The notes beneath the pieces were generated by a model that worked only from the letters and a program-made list of their open reading frames with translations, was not told the DNA's origin and ran no database searches. The translations under genes were made by a program, and so were the position numbers. DNA of 63,852 bases, counting the filler, from Hausera hauseri (taxonomy: Eukaryota), in the NCBI GenBank assembly GCA_046269625.1. It is 12 parts of 12 records of this genome, joined end to end, with 100 filler letters (N's around TTAATTAATTAA, not from the genome) between each part and the next. Parts side by side here need not be neighbours in the genome. Positions count along the whole stretch, not along the records: positions 1 to 5,432 come from JBJURY010256626.1; positions 5,533 to 14,271 come from JBJURY010549896.1; 10 more parts are not named here. One strand, written 5' to 3'. Below, in pieces: positions 1 to 13,865 of the stretch. Every line of letters starts with the position of its first letter. Position 1 is the stretch's first letter.

Positions 1-1642
1 AAATTGGTGTATGTGTGTGTGCACCGATGTACTCATTTCGACCCATCTCAGATATGGATCGATATAGTTCGACAAGTCCAAACCGATAAAGTTGATTGAA
101 TCAAAATGACTTGAAATGGGAAAAGTGAACAAAACGGTAAGTGGGACCTTGTGATAAGTCGGAAAGAAAATGACCAAAGACCGGCTCAAGTCGTATGTCA
201 AACGACCGAGCACAGTGAGCAGAATCTGAATTGATATTCTGAACGAAAATTAACCACGTATAATAGTCCGTGAATCCCACATTTCGTGCGTACATAACGA
301 AAAAAGCAGAATTTTGCAACATAAAAACATGAAAGAAAAAAAATTGTTTCATCGAGTTAATGTTCTTTTTAATATCCGTCTATATTGTATTCTTGATGTT
401 CTATCAATCTATTATGTAATCGTCTAATTAAAAAGCATATTCTCTCAAATTTTGATTATAAAAATAAATTACCCCCCTGGGTGGTCTGCAACCAATACGA
501 AGCATTCTTGATGCAAAGGACAATTTTAATAATTAGAAAGCACACAAGTGAAATTCAGATTATGATACACTGTCAAAGCGTCGTTTGTATTCTGTCAGTA
601 GATTCAAAATTAAATGTTGACAACAGAAGTACATTATATAAAAATTACTCAATTTAAATTTGTTACACCTAAACAGATGAAACGGAAGTTTTTTTTCCAG
701 AAATGCTACCGTAAATATCATATTTAAAACGCTTTGTTAATTGTAAATCGGTATCAGAATTATATCTCGCAGTTTGTTTTTGTTAAACTGTTCCATTGGC
801 ATAACAAAGTTTCATACGATATGTGCACATTATCGACTTTGGACCAAAACACACGTCAAAAAATAGTTTGGCATTTCGAACTATTGCAAAATTTGTCTGG
901 AGTAATATTTAGTTTATATTTTCAGTTCGTTTGTTCAACTGTGGAAAACAGCTTTATCTGATTAGGAATTTGTTTTAATAAATTTTTAATAAATTTAATC
1001 AAGACTTATTATGATTCTACTAAGCAGGAGCTTTATCAAATCTGTGATTTGTAGTTATGTTGTACTACTAGTATGACGACGATCTTAATAAAATCGAAAT
1101 ATCAGTTTCGAAAATTCACAACATTATTGTCCTCAGAAAGACGTTACATTATCTCAAAAAATGTTGCTCCAAAAGAATTTCCGTATTCTCACTTTAAAAA
1201 AAATAATTTTTTATATTATCCTACGTATTTATGTTTAATGGGATTTGATCTATATTTACATTTCGAATAATCGATATAATCGTTTTACTATCGGATCAGA
1301 AAAAAATATTGCATATTGTTGACATAGAATCGTTGTCAACTAATCACGTGATTTCGACATTCAACGAGACTACGATATCTTTTTTTATAAATAGAAATGT
1401 ACACAACTTGTCAAATAAAGGTGTGCCACAATAAAGCTGGTTTTCTTGATTGGTTAAAATATGAATTTCAGCACAAAACTTAACATTATTTAAACGCATC
1501 TAACTGTAAAATTAATATTTAAAATTCGTTCAATAAATCAGAATGAATAAGGTTAATATACTTATTTTTTGATTTAAAGAATTTACGTTATATATAGTGC
1601 AACATTTATCAACAATATTGCAATAATTCCATCCATAATGAA

Positions 1643-4600
1643 GTGCAATGCCATTGGATTATGCAAAGATATTATGGAATTAAACATGATGCACGTCAAT
1701 ATTATTTGTGCCCGGAATGTAGAATTGCAAATGGTTCTTCTTATTTGGAATTCTATGAGCAACATGGTGAACATTTAAAACAATTTCTTTCAGTTAGCAA
1801 GAAACAAATATTTCAGTCAATTATATCACAAAATCAATCATCTCATGAACAAATTGATAAATATTATTCATTAAAATACAATGGAACTTTATACTATATA
1901 TGTCCTATTTGCAAAACTGGAGATATAGTTCATTTTTCTAATTTCTATAAACATCATAAGGATCATTTAGTGAAATTTCAAAACCAGAAAAAGAAAGACA
2001 TTTTAATATCATATCTTATGAGTCAGAAAACTTTACAAGCGTCATCATCAAATCTTCAACTGCTGTCCAATTCAAGTCAAATACAACCTTCAACACCTAA
2101 ACCATCGAGTAATAACAGAAACAAACGACAGTCACAGATAGATTTAATAAGTACCAATAAAACAGCGAGAAAAAGAATAGCTGATAAACATGCTATGAGC
2201 AAAAAAGTTACATTATTTTTTATTCATGCCGATGATGAAGATAAAAGTATTGCGGAATTTCTTGAAAATAACAAACCGGAAATAAGAGGTATAATTGAAG
2301 ACGAATTACAAAGGCTTAACTCAATCAAAATCAATTTTTTTCTGGAGGCCAGATACACTAACGTTGATGGGGAGATTTCTCGACAGGCGTTCAAAACATT
2401 CTGCAAGGTCGTTTTGATGGATACAGATATCAGTATATTTATTGAAACTGAAAGTCACAAACTAATCAATGAAGCTGATGAAAGTGAGTCGAAGAAAAGT
2501 GGTTGGTCTCTATCAGATATCAGAGGAATAAATATCAGAATCAACAAATATAGCCCAATTCGAGGATCTTCATTCATACCGTTACCAGATTGGATAGAAA
2601 ATACAAAGTCGTGTGTAAATGTCCAAAACTATTACGACAACCAGTGTTTCAAGTACGCCATATTAACAAAACTCGTGATCGATCAGAATATTGGTCATAC
2701 TTATCGGTTAAAAAAATATGAAAAAATTCAACATTCATATGATTTTGCGTGCATTCCGTATCCACCAAATATGCACGATATTAGGAAATTTGAGAAAATT
2801 AATAGAATATCTATTAATATATTTGCTGTCGACGAAAACAACAAACTTTATCCATTAAAAGTCTGTAAGAAAGAACAAGATGACCATAGAGACATTCTTT
2901 TGCTCATTAATAAAGTGTCAAATCATTTCATATACATTAGAGATTTTGAAAAACTTGTGGGATCTCAAGTAACAAGAAACGAGCATAGAATTAATGTCTG
3001 CAAGAGATGTCTATTTCACTTTAGAGATCAGTCAAAATTGCTGGAGCACAAACTGTACTGCAACAGTAAACAAGTTACTCGACCAGAATTTCCAAAAGAA
3101 GACTTTATACAGTTCAAGGAGTATGAAAAATTGATTCGAGTGCCAGTCGTAATCTACTGCGACTTTGAATCAATTCTCAAACCAGTCGATACATGCAATC
3201 CGAGGAATGACATGTCGAGCACTACAATCACACATTTTCATGAACCAATGTCGTTTTGCATGTTTGCAAAAGGATACAATCAAGTACCTTATCTATATAG
3301 AGGACCAGATTCAGCATTCATGTTTATGAAAGAGTTAGAAAAAATTGCAACAGAAATAGAAGTAATGGTCGACAAACCAATGTAAATTTCTAAAACCGAA
3401 GCTGATCAACATGAACAAGCAGAAATGTGCTACCTTTGCAGAAACAATTTTACAGAAGGCAATTACAAAGTTCACGATCACTGCCACTTTACTGGCCAAT
3501 ATCGAGGTGCTGCCTGCAATAATTGCAATCTGAGATGCAAGCGAGTTCGATTCATACCAGTAATATTCCATAATTTATCGGAGTACGATTCACACTTTTT
3601 CATTCGTGAATTGGGTAATACAAAGGGTAGAATATCCGTAATACCACATAATGAAGAACGGTACATTACGTTCTCAAAATATTTTGGAAGAAAGGAGCTA
3701 CGATTCATTGACAGTTTCAAGTTTATGAGCAGTAGCTTGGACGAGTTGGTCAGAAATCTCTCCGACGATGCATTCAACGAAACAACAAAATACTTCAACA
3801 ACCAGAAATTGTTCAGTCTAGTTCGAAGGAAAGGAGTGTTTTCATATGAATACATTAGTGGATGGAACAAACTGGAAGAAACATCGCTGCCGTCAAAAGA
3901 ATGTTTTTTCAGCTCTCTTTATCAATTAGATATATCAGATGAAGACTACAAACATGCTCAAAATGTTTGGCGTGCATTTCGATGTGAAAACATCGGTGAG
4001 TATAGTGACATCTATTTGAAAACAGATGTACTATTACTCACTGATGTGTTTGAGCGATTCCGTGATGTCACGATGGCGTCGCATAAAGTAGATCCAGCAC
4101 ATTATTTTACGGCGCCGGGAATGTCATGGAGTGCCATGCTCAAAAAGACCGGAATTAAACTGGAAATAATTAAAGATTATAATATGGTACTAATGTTGGA
4201 GCATGGAATAAGAGGTGGACTTTGTCAGGTTGTTTATCGGTACGCAGAAGCAAATAATAAGCATATGATGGACAAATACGATGCAATCCAGGAATCGACG
4301 TATATAACTTATTTGGACGCAAACAACTTATATGGCTGGGCCATGTCCTTTTACCTTCCGTATGGCGATTTCAAATGGACTGAATGGAAATCAGAAGATT
4401 TTGACGAAATACTGAACATTAGTGCGACAGCATCAACTGGTTATATTTTATAAGTTGATGTTGAATATTCTGATTATTTACATGCATCACATGTACAATT
4501 ACCATTTCTCCCGGAAACAGTTAATCCACCAGGCAGTAAAATAAACAAATTAATCCCACACCTTGGAAATCGGCAACGGTATGTTGTTCATTACCGGTAT

Positions 4601-5432
4601 CTAAAACAGGCCATGCAAAGCGGACTAAAAATTCAAAAAATCCGCAGGGTTATTCAATTAAGTCAGTCGGCTTGGTTACAGAAACACAAAACTTAATACC
4701 AATTTACGGACAATGTCTACAAATACATTTGAGAAGGACCAGTATAAATTATACAACAATGTTATGTTCGGAAAAACGATGGAGAACATCAGAAAACGAA
4801 CACACATTGAAATGGCCAGTGAATGGAAACGAGCGAAGAAACACATCGCAAAACCACGTTTCCTGCACTCACAAATTTATACTGAAAATCTCGTGAGTAT
4901 CCATCTTCTAAAAACTCACCTGGAATTCAATAAACCAATATATGTCGGCCTCTCTATGCTGGATCAGAGCAAGATACTCATGTATGATTTTAATTACAAT
5001 ATCATGATACTAAAATTTGGTCTTCAACAACTACAAATTCTGTACATGGATACAGACTCATTCATGTACAGAATTAAGTCAGCTGACTTATTCGTAGACT
5101 TGCAGGAATTGGGGGAGCATATAGACACAAGCGACTATCTACCGGATCATCCGAATTACTCAGCACAAAATAAAAAGATTTTGGGGAAATTCAAGGATGA
5201 AGTGAAGGGTGAAATCATAACAGGATTTATAGGTCTCCGTCCAAAAATGTATGCTGTGGATGTCGGCGGTGTTGTGAAAAAGCGTGAAATAGGCGTACAA
5301 AAAACAGTACTCAAACAACAGATTACATTTGATGATTACATCAGTATATTAACAGCCGATAAATCAAAAATCAGTACAATGCATGCAATCGGGTCTCATG
5401 AACATGTAATAACAACGGTCGAACTCAGAAAA
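1643..5432 (+). pseudogene. Polinton/Maverick-type protein-primed family B DNA polymerase with an endonuclease VII/HNH-like insert; cut by the contig end
   Basis: Exonuclease motifs YCDFES, FHNLSEYDSHF and YLKTDVLLL; VHDHCHFTGQYRGAACNNCNL; polymerase motifs YLDANNLYGWAM, KLYNNVMFGKT and YMDTDS. In-frame TAA at 3383-3385 and 4451-4453; frameshift near 4690. Confidence 0.93.
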
Positions 5433-5532
5433 NNNNNNNNNNNNNNNNNNNNNNNNNNNNNNNNNNNNNNNNNNNNTTAATTAATTAANNNNNNNNNNNN
5501 NNNNNNNNNNNNNNNNNNNNNNNNNNNNNNNN
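5433..5532. other. Artificial 100-bp contig-joining linker (N-run/TTAATTAATTAA/N-run). Also at 14272-14371, 19156-19255, 23758-23857, 28747-28846, 33482-33581, 39035-39134, 43399-43498, 48688-48787, 53596-53695 and 59322-59421
   Basis: Identical length and core 11 times; the core gives stop codons in all six frames; the flanks are unrelated. Confidence 0.98.
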
Positions 5533-6250
5533 CTGTTTGACAGAAAAGTGAACTGTTTTTACAGAACAGGAAATGCAGAGGTATTTAACATTAAAAGCGG
5601 AACAGGTTTAAAGTTTCTCCTGCTCTGTTGCAGATGTAACATCTCACCAAAAGCAGCTCAGCTTAAAGATGTTTTCAGCTGTTGCTGCTGACTGAATAAA
5701 AACCTCTTTGTTCTCCGAGAGTTTTGATAGTTTTTTTACTCCCTTTCTCTTTTCTTCCTGTATTTCCTACCCTCTGCCATCTGACTGTCTCATGTTTTTA
5801 CCCACCACCAAGATTACCCAAACAACATCCCCCCTCCTCCTGTCAAATAAAGACTATCTTACCAAATTTACCAGCAGGTTTTCCTGTAGTTTTAAGTTAT
5901 TCAAAATGGGATCTACTCCACATCCTCGTGGATATAAAAACACTCTTCTCATTCCAGCACAAATATCTGAAGAAACTTCAGGCGCACTTGCACATTGGCA
6001 AACCTCCAGGTCTTTTGAATGAGCGACCATCTTTTCCTCCAGACCTCCATTGTAGCCCCGGCCAAGTAGAAGAGGGGGGATTGGTCTGTGCAATCAGATC
6101 CTCGGATCCCTCTTGGCATTTGTTTCCCCGGCTTGTTTTCACTGTCAACACACCACTTGAGAGAATTAAGGGGAGCCAAGTACCTGCAGCTCAGGAGGTC
6201 AGGTCCACTTCTAACTCACCTCCTTCCTATTCAAGCCATGTCTTGAATTT
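5533..6250. other. Compositionally distinct, CpG-poor, vertebrate-like segment at the contig start (possible host carry-over or chimera)
   Basis: Higher GC than the rest of the contig, with an abrupt switch to AT-rich DNA near 6250. No recognisable protein. Confidence 0.4.
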
Positions 6251-6297
6251 AAAAAACACAACTCTTTGCATATCTAAAAATATGTTTATTACACTAT

Positions 6298-7275
6298 GTT
6301 AATTACACATAATATATAAAAAAATAAACTAATCTTTTTTATCATTTTTTACAGAAAAGTTTTCATGTTAAAATTTGATGATCGACAGTTAAACTTTGAT
6401 GATCGACAGTGCTACTAAAATTTACAAATTATAATCAATATTCACACATTTTACCAATAAAAACATACCAAATTAATAACTGTATGTAATTCTGATATTA
6501 TATTTAATACAAATAGTAAAATAAGTTGGAAATAAATCATACCAAGTTAATTTGTAAAGAAAAGAAAACAATTCATTACTACAATTTAATTAAGAAAAAG
6601 CAGAACTCCTCGCTGCACCCTAAGGGGTAAAAAGAGGGCATCAACAGGGCCATGGGGGTAGTTTTCATGTGCGCTCATTGATGACTTTCAGTACTAATAT
6701 TAAAAAAATACGCTGATGCAATTTATCAGATTATCTGTTTCACTGTTTTTTTTTCTTTTTTTTCACTGTTGAAAATAGGGTGACTAAGTCCTTTTTTAAA
6801 TTTACAAATTACTTTTGATTCGTATGAATGAGATGAAATTGAGCTCTTTTTGACACCGAATTGGAAATAATTTAAGTAAAAGAATTAATACATTTCGATC
6901 AGTTGCTGCCGGTCAGTGGTATATTGGATTTGATAGACAAGTATATCTATTTGTACCAATTTCCGAAGTTATCATTCGTGTACCAGAATTTAAAATCTAT
7001 TTCAAATATTTTAATTACACAGTATATAAAAATCTTGGATGACTGGTTGTGTTATATTTTTTTCATTAAAAAATGGTTTCTTTAACTTTGTTACTTTTTT
7101 CATAAAATTAATATAATAATCATGACTGAATAGTAGTTCAATAGTTATCGATTATAATTGCAATAGTTATTTGTACTATTAATCATCAAATTTTAACGCA
7201 AAACATGAACATTTTTTGTAAAAAAAATGAAAAAAAGTTACCTAATTTGTTATTTGTCATATGCAATTTAGGTAG
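6298..7275. mobile_element. ~1-kb non-coding MITE-like element with imperfect terminal inverted repeats
   Basis: gttaaaatttgatgat (6367-6382) is the exact reverse complement of atcatcaaattttaac (7182-7197). Weaker inverted similarity continues outward for about 70-80 bp. Confidence 0.6.
6501..6711 (+). repeat. Dispersed repeat, copy 1 (copy 2 at 13866-14066)
   Basis: Shared tagtaaaataagttggaa...ctcctcgctgcacccta(a/c)ggggtaaaaagagggcatca(a/g)cagggccatgggggt...catgtgcgctcattgatgacttt. Confidence 0.9.
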
Positions 7276-7560
7276 TTTTTATATAAAGCACAATTACAAT
7301 ATACAAATCTTATTCACAAATATTTAGAGAGATTTGAACAGTTTCAAAGGATTTAGTGATGACAAAAAAATTATTATATTTCGTTTGTTACGGATTCACA
7401 TTACATTTTAACAAATAAGAAATTTGAGCAATTTCAAAGGGAGTAATAATAATGTTGTATGCATTTTTTAACAGTCATCTGAAGTTCACTAGCTTCAAAA
7501 AATTATTTTTTTCCAACTATAAATAAAACAATTTAATGATCACAACTAAAATACAACTTT

Positions 7561-10500
7561 TTATAGTATATGAGCTGTAGTCCGAATTCCATCCGATTGT
7601 ATTACGCGTTTATCATCATATTTGTTCAAACTGATCTTCTGAATTTGAACAGTGGATATTACATGAGCTTCAGATCTAATGGCATGCATTCTACTAACCA
7701 TCTTTTGATCACTATAGAGAGCTGTAAAATAATCGTTAAATGTTAGTTGATTTTGTACAACTGCCCGTTGAACACCTTTGGCACGTTTTTTAATTACACC
7801 ACCGTTAACATCTAGCGCGTACATCTTCGGTCGAAGACCAACGAATCGTGTAATTATGGCACTCTTCATCTCATCTTTGAATTTCCCCAAACCTTTTTGT
7901 TGTCAGTGGAATAATTTGGATGGTTTTGAAGATAGTCACTAGTGACCATGAAACGTTCAATTTCTTTGAAATCGATAAATATGTCCTTTGATTGTATTTG
8001 ATACATTAATGAATCAGTATTCATGTAGAGAAGTTGTAAGTTGCTCAAGTTAAAAGTCGGTATTATGATGTCATAATGGAATTCATACATTAGGATTTTA
8101 CTCGAATCCAAAATGCACATTCCTACGTATATTGGTTTATTGAATTTCAATTATGTCTTCGACAGTTGAATACTTACAAGATTTTCCGAATAAATCTGTA
8201 AGTTTAAAAGTTCGATTTGGCTGTGAGTTTCTTTGCCCGTTTCCACTCATTCACTAATTCAATTTTCTGCCGATTTCTTATATTTTCCACCGTTTTTCCG
8301 AATACTGCATTGTTGTACAGTTTAAATGGGTCCTTTTCGAAATTATTCATAGCCAATGTTCGCCGATCGGTATTAAATTTGATATATGATTGGAGCCATC
8401 GTGACTGACTGAATTGAATTATCCGGTGGATTTTCTGAACTTTCAATCCATGACGTATAGCCTGCTGAAGAAACTGATAGTAAACAATAGTAAACAATCC
8501 GATTTCCTAAATGAGGAATTAATTTTTTCATTTTTCCTTTACTGTTTCCGAGCACTGTAGTTGCTTCTGGAAGGAATGTAAATTGATCATGCTCTTGATG
8601 TAAGTTTTTTGGATACTCTACATCTACGTCAAATATGTACCCAGTAGATGAGGTGGAACTGATGTTTAAAATATCTCTTTCCATATCACCGGTCCATGTT
8701 ACCCACTGAAAATCCCCATATGGTAAATAATGTGACATGGCCCACCCATACAAATTATTTGCGTCCAGATAAGTTATGAATGATGAATCCTTATTTTTGT
8801 CGTAATCGGTTTTCATATACTTATTATTCGCTTCAGCATAACGATGGACAACCTGACACAATCCTCCACGAATTCCTCTCTCCAGCATAAGTATCATATC
8901 ATAATCCTTTATAATTTCCAATTTCACTTGGGTCTTCTTTAACATTGCACTCCAGGCCATTCCAGGTGCAGTAAAATAATGCGCTGGATCAACTTTGTGT
9001 GATGACATCGTTACATCACGGAATCTTTCAAATATGTCTGTGAGCAGCAAAACGTCGGTTTTTAAATACACATCGCTGTACTCACCAAGATTTCGACATG
9101 CAAATGCACGCCATACGTTTTCAGCATGTTGGTAATCTTCGTCGGAAATATCTGATTGATAAAGTATACTGGAAAAGCATTGTTTCGGAGGGAGTATTAT
9201 TTCTTCCAACTTATCCCACCCTGTAATGTACTCATATGGAAATATGCCTTTTCTCTTGACCAAGTTGAACTGGTGACTATCAGGAAATTGTTTTCTGGTT
9301 TCGATGAATCCATCTAATGGCAGGTTCTTGGCTAATTCATCGAGACTGCTGCTCATGAATTTAAAACTATCGATAAATCGTAACTCCATCCGTCCCACAC
9401 GTTTCGTAAACGTTATATATCTTTCTTGATTGTGGGGTATAAGGGTTATCCATCCTTTTGATTTACCGAGTTTCCTAATGAAAAAATGTGAGTCATAACC
9501 CGACAAATTGTGAAAAATAATTGGAATAAACCGGACTCGTTTGCATCTCAAGTTACAGTTTTTACATGCAGGACCGCGGTATTTTTCTGAATAATGACAA
9601 TGGTCGTGTACTTTTTAATTGTCATCGCTGAACGGATTCTCACACAAATAGCATGTTTCCGCCATGATATGTTGTTGCTCTGAATCCCTTGATAATGGCT
9701 CCATTAGCTGGTCTGTCATTTCTCCAATGTCTCTAGCAATACACGCCAACTGCTTCATCATTTGTACCACTGCGTTTGGTCCTCTGTACAGAAGCGGATC
9801 TTCATTTCCGTATCACTTCACCAACAAACAGAAAGACATAGGTTTATGAATATTAATTTCAGTTGAGATTGATCTACTGTTCTGTGGATTACATGTGTGT
9901 ACCGGTCTGAGTATTGCTTCAAAGTCGCAGTAGATGACTACCGGGATACGGATAGTTTTTTCATACTCTCTAAATTTAATGTTATCTTCATCGGGAAATT
10001 CGGGTCTCAGCAGTTGTTTCTGGTAAAGACAATGCATTTTGTGTTCATCCATCTTTATTTTTTCTCCGTAGTGTGTTAAGCACCTTTTGCAGACATAAAT
10101 CCTATGATCATTTCTCGATATTTGTGATACAGCTAGTCTCTCAAAGTTTATGATGTAAACAAAATGCTTACGTTTTTCGTCATTATCACTAAGCAGAAGT
10201 AGGTCTCTGTTCATTATTTGCTTCATCACACACCTTCATTGGGTATATTTTATTCAATTCATCTACTCCGAATACATTGATGGACATGTTGTTGATCTTC
10301 TCGAACTTTTTGATATCATGCATATTCGGTGGGAATTTGATACAAGAAAAGTCATAGGAGTGCTGAACATTTTCATATTTATTTGCTCGCTGTGGCTTGC
10401 TGACATTTTGATCCATGAGAATTTTTGTAAGTATGGAATACTTGAAGCACAAATTATCATGGAAATTTTGGACATTGATACAGGACTTTGTGTTTTTTAT

Positions 10501-10992
10501 CCAATGTGGTAGGGGAATATACGACGATCCACCGATTGGAGAATATTTGTTGATCCTGATACTGAGGTTAATGACTGACTCCAACGTCCATCCACTTTTT
10601 TTCGATTCACTTTCATCAGCTTCATGAATTATTTTCGTACTTGCGTTATTTATGAATGAGCTGATATCCGTACCTAGCAATACCGCTTTGCTTGTTGTTT
10701 TGTATGCTTTCTGTACGACTTCACCATTTATGTTGGTGTAGGAAGCTTTCAGGAAAAAATTTACTTTTATTGCATTGAGTTGTTGTAATGAATCCTCCAG
10801 TATTTCACTGATTTCTCTTTGAACATTCTCCAGAAACTGTACAATATTTCGGGAATCTGTGTTGTTTTCTGGATAGATATTGAAAACCTGCACCTTACGC
10901 TTCATTGCATGCTGTGTTGCAGACCGATTTCGTGTTGTTTTGTTCAGAATAGGTGTTGGTGCTACCACTTTTCGTTTTCCCCTGCTTGTCAA
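7561..10992 (-). pseudogene. Second protein-primed PolB, paralogous to 1643-5432, with several frameshifts
   Basis: Collinear ORF pieces 10189-10992, 9813-10229, 8373-9551, 8204-8497, 7866-8150 and 7561-7890. Motifs YCDFEA, FHNLSGYDSHF, YLDANNLYGWAM and KLYNNAVFGKT; motif C is mutated to YMNTDS. Confidence 0.93.
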
Positions 10993-11364
10993 TGATCCTA
11001 CTCATACAATTCTAAAAAATTAAGAATTCTTAATAAAAATAACAATAAAAATAATTTATAAAACAAAAATAACAAATAGTAAAACAAATAATTAATGTTT
11101 TAAATTCTCTATTACTAATCAATGACGTATTTCCAATCAGTGATAAATTCACTTCAAATATCCTAACTGTACGCTAACGGTAATTCATTCGATAAATGAA
11201 TCAGACAAATTAATTAATTGTCACGTCTACTGACTGATTTTTCCATCCACTCGACAAACAGGAAATACGCAATCGACTATAAGCAACCAGTGAAAACAAC
11301 GCACGCAGTACACAGTTGTTTACAATACACCTCAGCAATAACCGAACAACTCACCGAGAATAGC

Positions 11365-11604
11365 AGATGCCGCTCCCCCATTCAGTCTCATATCGACCAT
11401 CGGAAACTGTCGATCTTCCAATTCCTGTTTGACAGCAAGTATAAAATCCTTTATCGTTATAGAAATTGTTGGTAATACACTATCCCCGCAAATGATCAGC
11501 GTGTCGTTTAAAACCGAATCCAATCGGCATGCTTCGGAGTAGTTCAAGATCTCATTGTTATTCGATTTATCTTCGACAGAAAAGTTGTTGGTGGCGGTCA
11601 TCAT
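11365..11604 (-). CDS. TENT5: TENT5/FAM46-family nucleotidyltransferase, N-terminal exon
   Basis: RLDSVLNDTLIICGDSVLPTISITIKDFILAVKQELEDRQFPMVDMRLNGGAASAIL resembles the FAM46 RLNG(G/S)AAS motif. Similarity ends at a GTGAGT splice donor. Confidence 0.78.
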
Positions 11605-13865
11605 ACAAATACAAATTTTGTGAAAAATCGGTCTACATACACAATATGTATATATTCGCTGCAATCCATTGATTGCCCCAATACTGAAACGTCATTGGTC
11701 GGTTGGACTGACGTCACTTTTGTACACTATTCATAGTGAGAATGTGTGCATGGATTCAACTGTTCTGTTACTGTATTAATCGATTTATGTATTATAATTA
11801 CCGTCTGTCTGTAGTAGTAATTACGTTACTTCCGTTTTCTTGACACTGTAAACAATTTCAATTTTATTTACCTGCATAACTTAATAATTCACCACAACTG
11901 ATTTTTGTACATTTATCTCATATTAGTTATTATGAAAAATTACATATGTATGCGTATAACATTATCTGTTTGATGAATAAATAACCAAATTCAGCCGCTC
12001 CAAATTATCATGATTTATGTCGTTTTTGTTTAAATCTCCAACATGAATGTAACTCAACATGGTGATCTGTGACACACACACACACACAACATGAAATAAG
12101 CTATTGTTCTAAAACAAATGTGACTCACTCCATATTGTTTCAAAGCCAGACAGATTGATAAAAAAACAGTAGTTTGCATTTTGCGTAGCGTCTGTAGTTA
12201 GCATCAAGTATCCTAATTTAGGTGGTCTACAGTTTTATAGTTTGTACCAAGTACGATAGAAGCAACCCTTAACAATTCATACGAAACAGATGCACTTGTG
12301 ATCTCTGTAAAATGTTGCGTAGGATCTGGTTAATACAGTCAAGTGGATTAACTGCAAAACGTAACGTTATTGATTTAATATTATTTTAAAGAACGTTAAG
12401 TTCAACAGTCTTCTAATCGAATGAAATACCATGGTATCGGATAAGTGACCAAGATAAATTTGTTTGAATTGCAACTACACTAATTCATATATTTTAACAA
12501 CTTCATATCGTAAGCGATATATTTCGATATATTAATTAAAATAGAGAATGGAATAGTCTAACGAGAAGTTGGCGAACCCTACTTACGATATTTGCTACTA
12601 GAAAATTTAATGACAGTAATGGGAAACAAGGCTAATTCCCAATTAATTATACAGATTTACCGTATAATGAAATAAAATCAATGAACATTTGGTCAATATT
12701 TAGTTAAATAACCACTTTGTCCAGCATTTTAGATACGGATTGTATCAAACCATCATAGTTTACGGCATCAATTAGGTTTTCTCGATTTCTTGGCCATGGG
12801 ATTATGTCAATATTGAGTGCAACCAGCATGGTCCCGAATAAGGAATTTCGAGTTATAACTGAAATTCCGGCAACGTTTTTTCTTCATTGATTTTTTGATT
12901 TACATTTGAAGTGATGGCGTAGCTTTTTGGACTAAAAATGTGATAACGTCTTTCATGACTACAGAAGCAGTTCCAGACCATTACGTTTTACATGAGACAC
13001 GTAAGTCTGTAATTGACGTACTGCAGTGTCGTCACGCAATTTTCTCCCACTAACAAATTCCATAAGTAAATTTCGATGGATTATTTTCCTTTACTTTCCC
13101 CTTTCTGTTTTCTACCTAGCACCACCAAACTGTCATTGCGATCGATTGTCTTTGTAAATAAAAGAAACTTGACAAATGGGATTAATGTATTTTAATGATT
13201 ATTTTAGTTCTAATACTTTCTGCATTGTTTTGACTTGGGTTATAACAGAAATGGATCTATTACGTTTTCATTTGTTTACGACACAAAAATTTTGTAAAAT
13301 GGTACTTAATAGCATTTTTAATTTTGTTGGAATGTGACCAGAAGAAAGTGCCGTGGGAGGTTATTGATCAAGTTCCTTCTGATAACGCTTCTTAAATTTA
13401 CGCAGAATAAAGAATCTACCGGTGACAAACAAGGAACACTTCCTTTGGACGTGCTAATAATTGTATCGTAATTTTGTATATTGATTTTTTGTTTCATATC
13501 GAGGAACCATTTATGCAGGAAGTGTCGATATTACAGAATGGCTTTGGCCACTCAACGTTGGTTAATCTTTCGGTTCCGTTTTCATACGAAATAATTTCAT
13601 AAATTTACATGTACTGTTTCATGTGTACTAAATTTTATTAGCCAACATTTAATCACTTGTTAGTTTTCAAATTAATTTGACAGAAATTGCGGCACTTGAA
13701 CAAAATAATCCCGCCTAAGTTCAATTATTTGGCTATTATTAGGCCTCCATTGTACCGTATTTCAATACATCTAGGTGCCGGCCTAATCCAAATGGAAATA
13801 TATCACCACGCAAAGCTGTTGAATTCCTGAAATCAAGATTGGTATATTGTATTAGTGTTTTTTAT

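Noticed and set aside
3383-4453. Stop-codon reassignment explaining the in-frame stops
   Set aside because: The same genes also have frameshifts, and the 2.1-kb clathrin exon has no internal stops. Ordinary decay explains it.
5477-5488. Regularly recurring TTAATTAATTAA as a biological repeat or CRISPR array
   Set aside because: It always sits inside 100-bp N linkers, so it is an assembly artefact. Gene neighbourhoods across linkers are meaningless.
1643-10992. Two convergent PolB genes forming one inverted-repeat element
   Set aside because: They lie on different contigs separated by a linker.
12700-13850. Possible short-intron host gene on the plus strand
   Set aside because: Exon-like patches are present (e.g. 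GTIYAGSVDITEWLWPLN), but I could not assemble or identify a protein.
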